A program made the position numbers and the translations under genes. The notes beneath the pieces are model-generated. The model worked only from the letters and a program-made list of their open reading frames with translations. It was not told the origin of the DNA and did no database searches. A stretch of DNA of 63,581 nucleotides, counting the filler. It is 5 parts of 5 records of this genome, joined end to end, with 100 filler letters (N's around TTAATTAATTAA, not from the genome) between each part and the next. Parts side by side here need not be neighbours in the genome. Positions count along the whole stretch, not along the records: positions 53,956 to 63,581 come from SRR20825010_37; 4 more parts are not named here. The stretch is one strand, 5' to 3'. Of the stretch, positions 60,695 to 63,581 are shown in pieces. How positions within the stretch are numbered: position 1 is the first letter of the stretch; the number at the start of each line of letters is the position of its first letter.

Positions 60695-62758
60695 TCATGT
60701 GTTGTCCTGCTGTGTCAGTACCCGTCGCAGGCACTGGGCAAGTTCAGCGCGGTGGTAAGGTTTTCTGATGAGGTTGGTGTTGTCTTGCAGCCCGTCGCCT
60801 TCATCGTCGTGGCCGGCAAATCCAGTGGTGAACAGTATTTTCAGGTAGGGGCATTGCTCACTGGCCAGTTGGGCCAGTTGTCTGCCGCCCATGCCGGGCA
60901 TGCGCAAATCGGTGAACAGCAGGTCAACCGCATTGCCTTTGCGCAACAGGTCGAGTGCCTGCTGGCCATCAGTTGCCGTGATGACCTGATAGCCCAGGGA
61001 TTCCAGTTGATGTTTGGCGACACTCCGAACCAGGTGGTCGTCCTCCACCAGCAGGATCCATTCGTTGCCGCCGATCTTTTCAGATGGTTTCTCGTCAACC
61101 TGCAGCGGTATCGGTGGCTGGTCGGAGACAGGCAGATAGAGGAGGAAGGTGCTGCCTTCCCCCGGCTTTGAGTGGACGCTGATTTGTCCGCCAGACTGAT
61201 TGATGAACCCGTGTACCATCGCCAAACCCAGCCCTGTTCCCCCTCCCTGTTCTGTAGAGGTGAAGAAAGGCTCAAACAGCCGATCCACAAGCTCGGGGGC
61301 TATACCGGTGCCCGTATCGGTGATTGATAACACGACATATTGGCCACGACTCAAATCCAGCTCGGTTGAATCGCTCGTCTGAGTGGTACGTGTTGAGATG
61401 GTCAGGCTGCCGCCCAGTGGCATGGCATCGCGTCCGTTGACACACAGGTTCAGCAATGCGTGCTCCAGTTCCGAAGGATCCACATAGACTGCCGGTAGCC
61501 GGGAATCGAGCTCCAGTGCGATTACAATATTGCTGCCCAGCGTTCGCTGCAGCAGCGGTTCGATACCGAGCACCAGTTGATTCAGGTTCACGGCCCTTGG
61601 GGTGAGGCTCTGTTGTCGGGCAAATGCCAGTAGGCGATGGGTCAGATCTGCTCCACGTTCAGCAGCCTCTGTGATCATACTTGCCAGCTTTTGATGGTCG
61701 GGATGGTCGTGCAGCGAGTCTTCCAGAATTTGCGCGTTACCCATGACCACAGTAAGCAGGTTATTGAAATCATGGGCGACCCCGCCGGTCAACATACCCA
61801 GCGCCTCCAGCCGTTGTGCCCGGTGAAGTTGTTTTTCCATTGTGATGCGGTTTGTTATATCGGTCATGCCACCGACCATCCGGATGACAGTGCCGTTGTC
61901 ATCGCGAATCAGATGACCTCGATCCTCCACCTGAGCCCAATGACCATCTGCACACCTGAAACGATAGCTGGCGGACCAATGATTGTTGCCATTTTGGGAA
62001 ATGGCCAGTCGGCGTCCGGCCAGCACCTCCTCCCGATCGTCGGGGTGAATCAGCGCAGCCCAGGTGGCGTCGTCAGGTTGTGAGTCGGCGCGACGGTGGC
62101 CAAAGAGCTGTGTGAAACCATCATTCCACCAGCGATTGTCACTGAGCATATCCCAGTCCCAGGCGGCATCACTGGTGGCCTGGGCCAATAGCCGGAATCG
62201 CTCCACGCTGACCCGAAGCGCCGCTTCCGTGGCTTCCCGGCGGGCAATGTCCTTCTGTAAGGCCCGGTTGGCGATTTCCAATTGACGGGATTTTTCTTCC
62301 AGTTTGCGAACCAGTGTCTGGTTATAGGTCTTCAGAATTGTGTTTTCATCGAGGCCGATAGGACTGGTCGCAATAGGTTTGGCGATATGGGGTTGATCCT
62401 GTATCTGCCACAGGACTTTGAGAAAAGCTTCAGGCTCGGCGGACTTGAGGATAAAGGCATCGGCACCCAAATCCAGGGCCAGCTCACGGTCACTTTCCTC
62501 GGTGTAGGTAGCGGTGTAGATGATGAATGGGATATGCGAGAGGCGGGAGTCGGACTTCCATTGCTGGAGAAGCGTGTAACCGTCCATGATGGGCATCAAC
62601 AGATCAGAAACAATCATGTCGGGAGGGGTATTGCGTGCCTTCTCCAGTGCTTCGTTGCCCTGGCTGGCGGTATCGACCTGATAACCGTGGCTGATGAGCA
62701 GCGTCTCCAGGTAATAGAGGTTTTCCTCCCGGTCATCAACAATGAGAATCCGCGACAT
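60695..62758 (-). CDS. REC-PAS-HisKA-HATPase-REC hybrid kinase
   Basis: [24 protein letters not shown] and FTDLRMPG motifs. Confidence 0.93.
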   Translation of the reverse strand: MSRILIVDDREENLYYLETLLISHGYQVDTASQGNEALEKARNTPPDMIVSDLLMPIMDGYTLLQQWKSDSRLSHIPFIIYTATYTEESDRELALDLGADAFILKSAEPEAFLKVLWQIQDQPHIAKPIATSPIGLDENTILKTYNQTLVRKLEEKSRQLEIANRALQKDIARREATEAALRVSVERFRLLAQATSDAAWDWDMLSDNRWWNDGFTQLFGHRRADSQPDDATWAALIHPDDREEVLAGRRLAISQNGNNHWSASYRFRCADGHWAQVEDRGHLIRDDNGTVIRMVGGMTDITNRITMEKQLHRAQRLEALGMLTGGVAHDFNNLLTVVMGNAQILEDSLHDHPDHQKLASMITEAAERGADLTHRLLAFARQQSLTPRAVNLNQLVLGIEPLLQRTLGSNIVIALELDSRLPAVYVDPSELEHALLNLCVNGRDAMPLGGSLTISTRTTQTSDSTELDLSRGQYVVLSITDTGTGIAPELVDRLFEPFFTSTEQGGGTGLGLAMVHGFINQSGGQISVHSKPGEGSTFLLYLPVSDQPPIPLQVDEKPSEKIGGNEWILLVEDDHLVRSVAKHQLESLGYQVITATDGQQALDLLRKGNAVDLLFTDLRMPGMGGRQLAQLASEQCPYLKILFTTGFAGHDDEGDGLQDNTNLIRKPYHRAELAQCLRRVLTQQDNT

Positions 62759-63156
62759 CAGCTGCTTTCCATATCCGGAGACTGCCAGCAGACACTTTCC
62801 ACCTCATCAACAAAAGTATCGGGGTCGATGGGCTTTTCGATATAACCGCTACAGCCCGCTGCCAGTGCTTTCTCTCGATCACCTGCCATGGCATGGGAGG
62901 TCACTGCGATAATGGGGATATTGCCCACTGACTCGACCTCGCGCAGGGTTGCCGCCACGTCATACCCATGCATGGTCGGTAATTGTATATCCAGCAGAAT
63001 CAGGTCGGGCAACAGCGCCTTGGCCAGTGCAATGCCTGCCGGTCCGTCGGTGGCCGATCTGACGCGGTGACCCCGGTGTTCCAGTAAAAAAGTCAGCAGG
63101 TAGCGATTGAGCTCATTGTCTTCAATGACCAGAATATCGAGGCGGGGTTCTTTCAT
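62758..63156 (-). CDS. Single-domain response regulator (DivK-like)
   Basis: IEDN, LLDIQLP, AVTSHAMAGD and EKP motifs. Confidence 0.92.
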   Translation of the reverse strand: MKEPRLDILVIEDNELNRYLLTFLLEHRGHRVRSATDGPAGIALAKALLPDLILLDIQLPTMHGYDVAATLREVESVGNIPIIAVTSHAMAGDREKALAAGCSGYIEKPIDPDTFVDEVESVCWQSPDMESS

Positions 63157-63581
63157 GATAGCTCCAGTGGCAATATCACGGTAAATTCACTGCCCTGTGA
63201 CCATTGACTGTCGACCTTGATTGCGCCGCCGAGTAGGTTGGTCAGGCGGCCGCAGATCGCCAATCCCAACCCGGTGCCGTCGTGTTGACGGGTGAGGCCA
63301 CTGTCGACCTGGTTGAAGGGTTTGAATAACTGCTCTATATCTTCCGGTCGGATACCAATGCCGGTATCGGTGACCCGGAATCGAACAGCAGGTACCGGCT
63401 GCTTGCCACGAAGTGATATTCTGTTGTTTGCACTGTCGACCGCAGTGGTAGGAATCCATGCCGGTTCCAACTCCACATGCAACGCGACACTGCCCTGGTC
63501 CGTGAACTTAATGGCGTTGTTCAGCAGATTCAGCAGAATCTGTTCAACCCGTCGACGATCACTGCACATGGTGGATAAACC
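63153..63581 (-). CDS. Histidine kinase HATPase C-terminus, 5' truncated by the window edge
   Basis: NLLNNAIKFT, DTGIG and GTGLGLAI motifs. Confidence 0.92.
   Translation of the reverse strand, partial: GLSTMCSDRRRVEQILLNLLNNAIKFTDQGSVALHVELEPAWIPTTAVDSANNRISLRGKQPVPAVRFRVTDTGIGIRPEDIEQLFKPFNQVDSGLTRQHDGTGLGLAICGRLTNLLGGAIKVDSQWSQGSEFTVILPLELS

Noticed and set aside
1-63581. CRISPR array, rRNA, integrase or transposase
   Set aside because: No regularly spaced repeat-spacer units, rRNA-like sequence or such ORFs were seen.

Overview
The window is not one locus. It is five unrelated contigs joined by 100-nt N/TTAATTAATTAA linkers. (1) 1-8662: AT-rich, Flavobacteriaceae-like, with an ars operon; both contig ends fall at a palindromic repeat. 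(2) 8763-38342: Bacteroidota, mostly housekeeping and secreted proteins plus a ~7.6-kb defence island. (3) 38443-45348: betaproteobacterial-like (nasST-like, pdxH, xerD, plsY, an orphan 986-aa protein, uvrA end). (4) 45449-53855: Bacteroidota housekeeping genes. (5) 53956-63581: a Flavobacteria-like mutS end joined through a hybrid tRNA-Gly to a GC-rich proteobacterial signalling cluster, probably an assembly chimera. The best candidate for a new system is 9780-17389, an unusual CBASS operon. It encodes a 42-aa leader ORF, a CD-NTase with a C-terminal Gly tail, a single E2-E1-JAB (Cap2-Cap3) fusion, NucC, and a second CD-NTase with intact catalytic motifs and an N-terminal glycine zipper. The operon has no integrase. 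It is bracketed by a canonical dif site and a degenerate direct-repeat dif-like site, and it is flanked by two apparently leaderless HTH regulators with visible operator-like sequences. The leader also holds a candidate antisense sRNA. All calls come from reading motifs and recalled family knowledge; no searches were run, and taxonomic labels are inferences.
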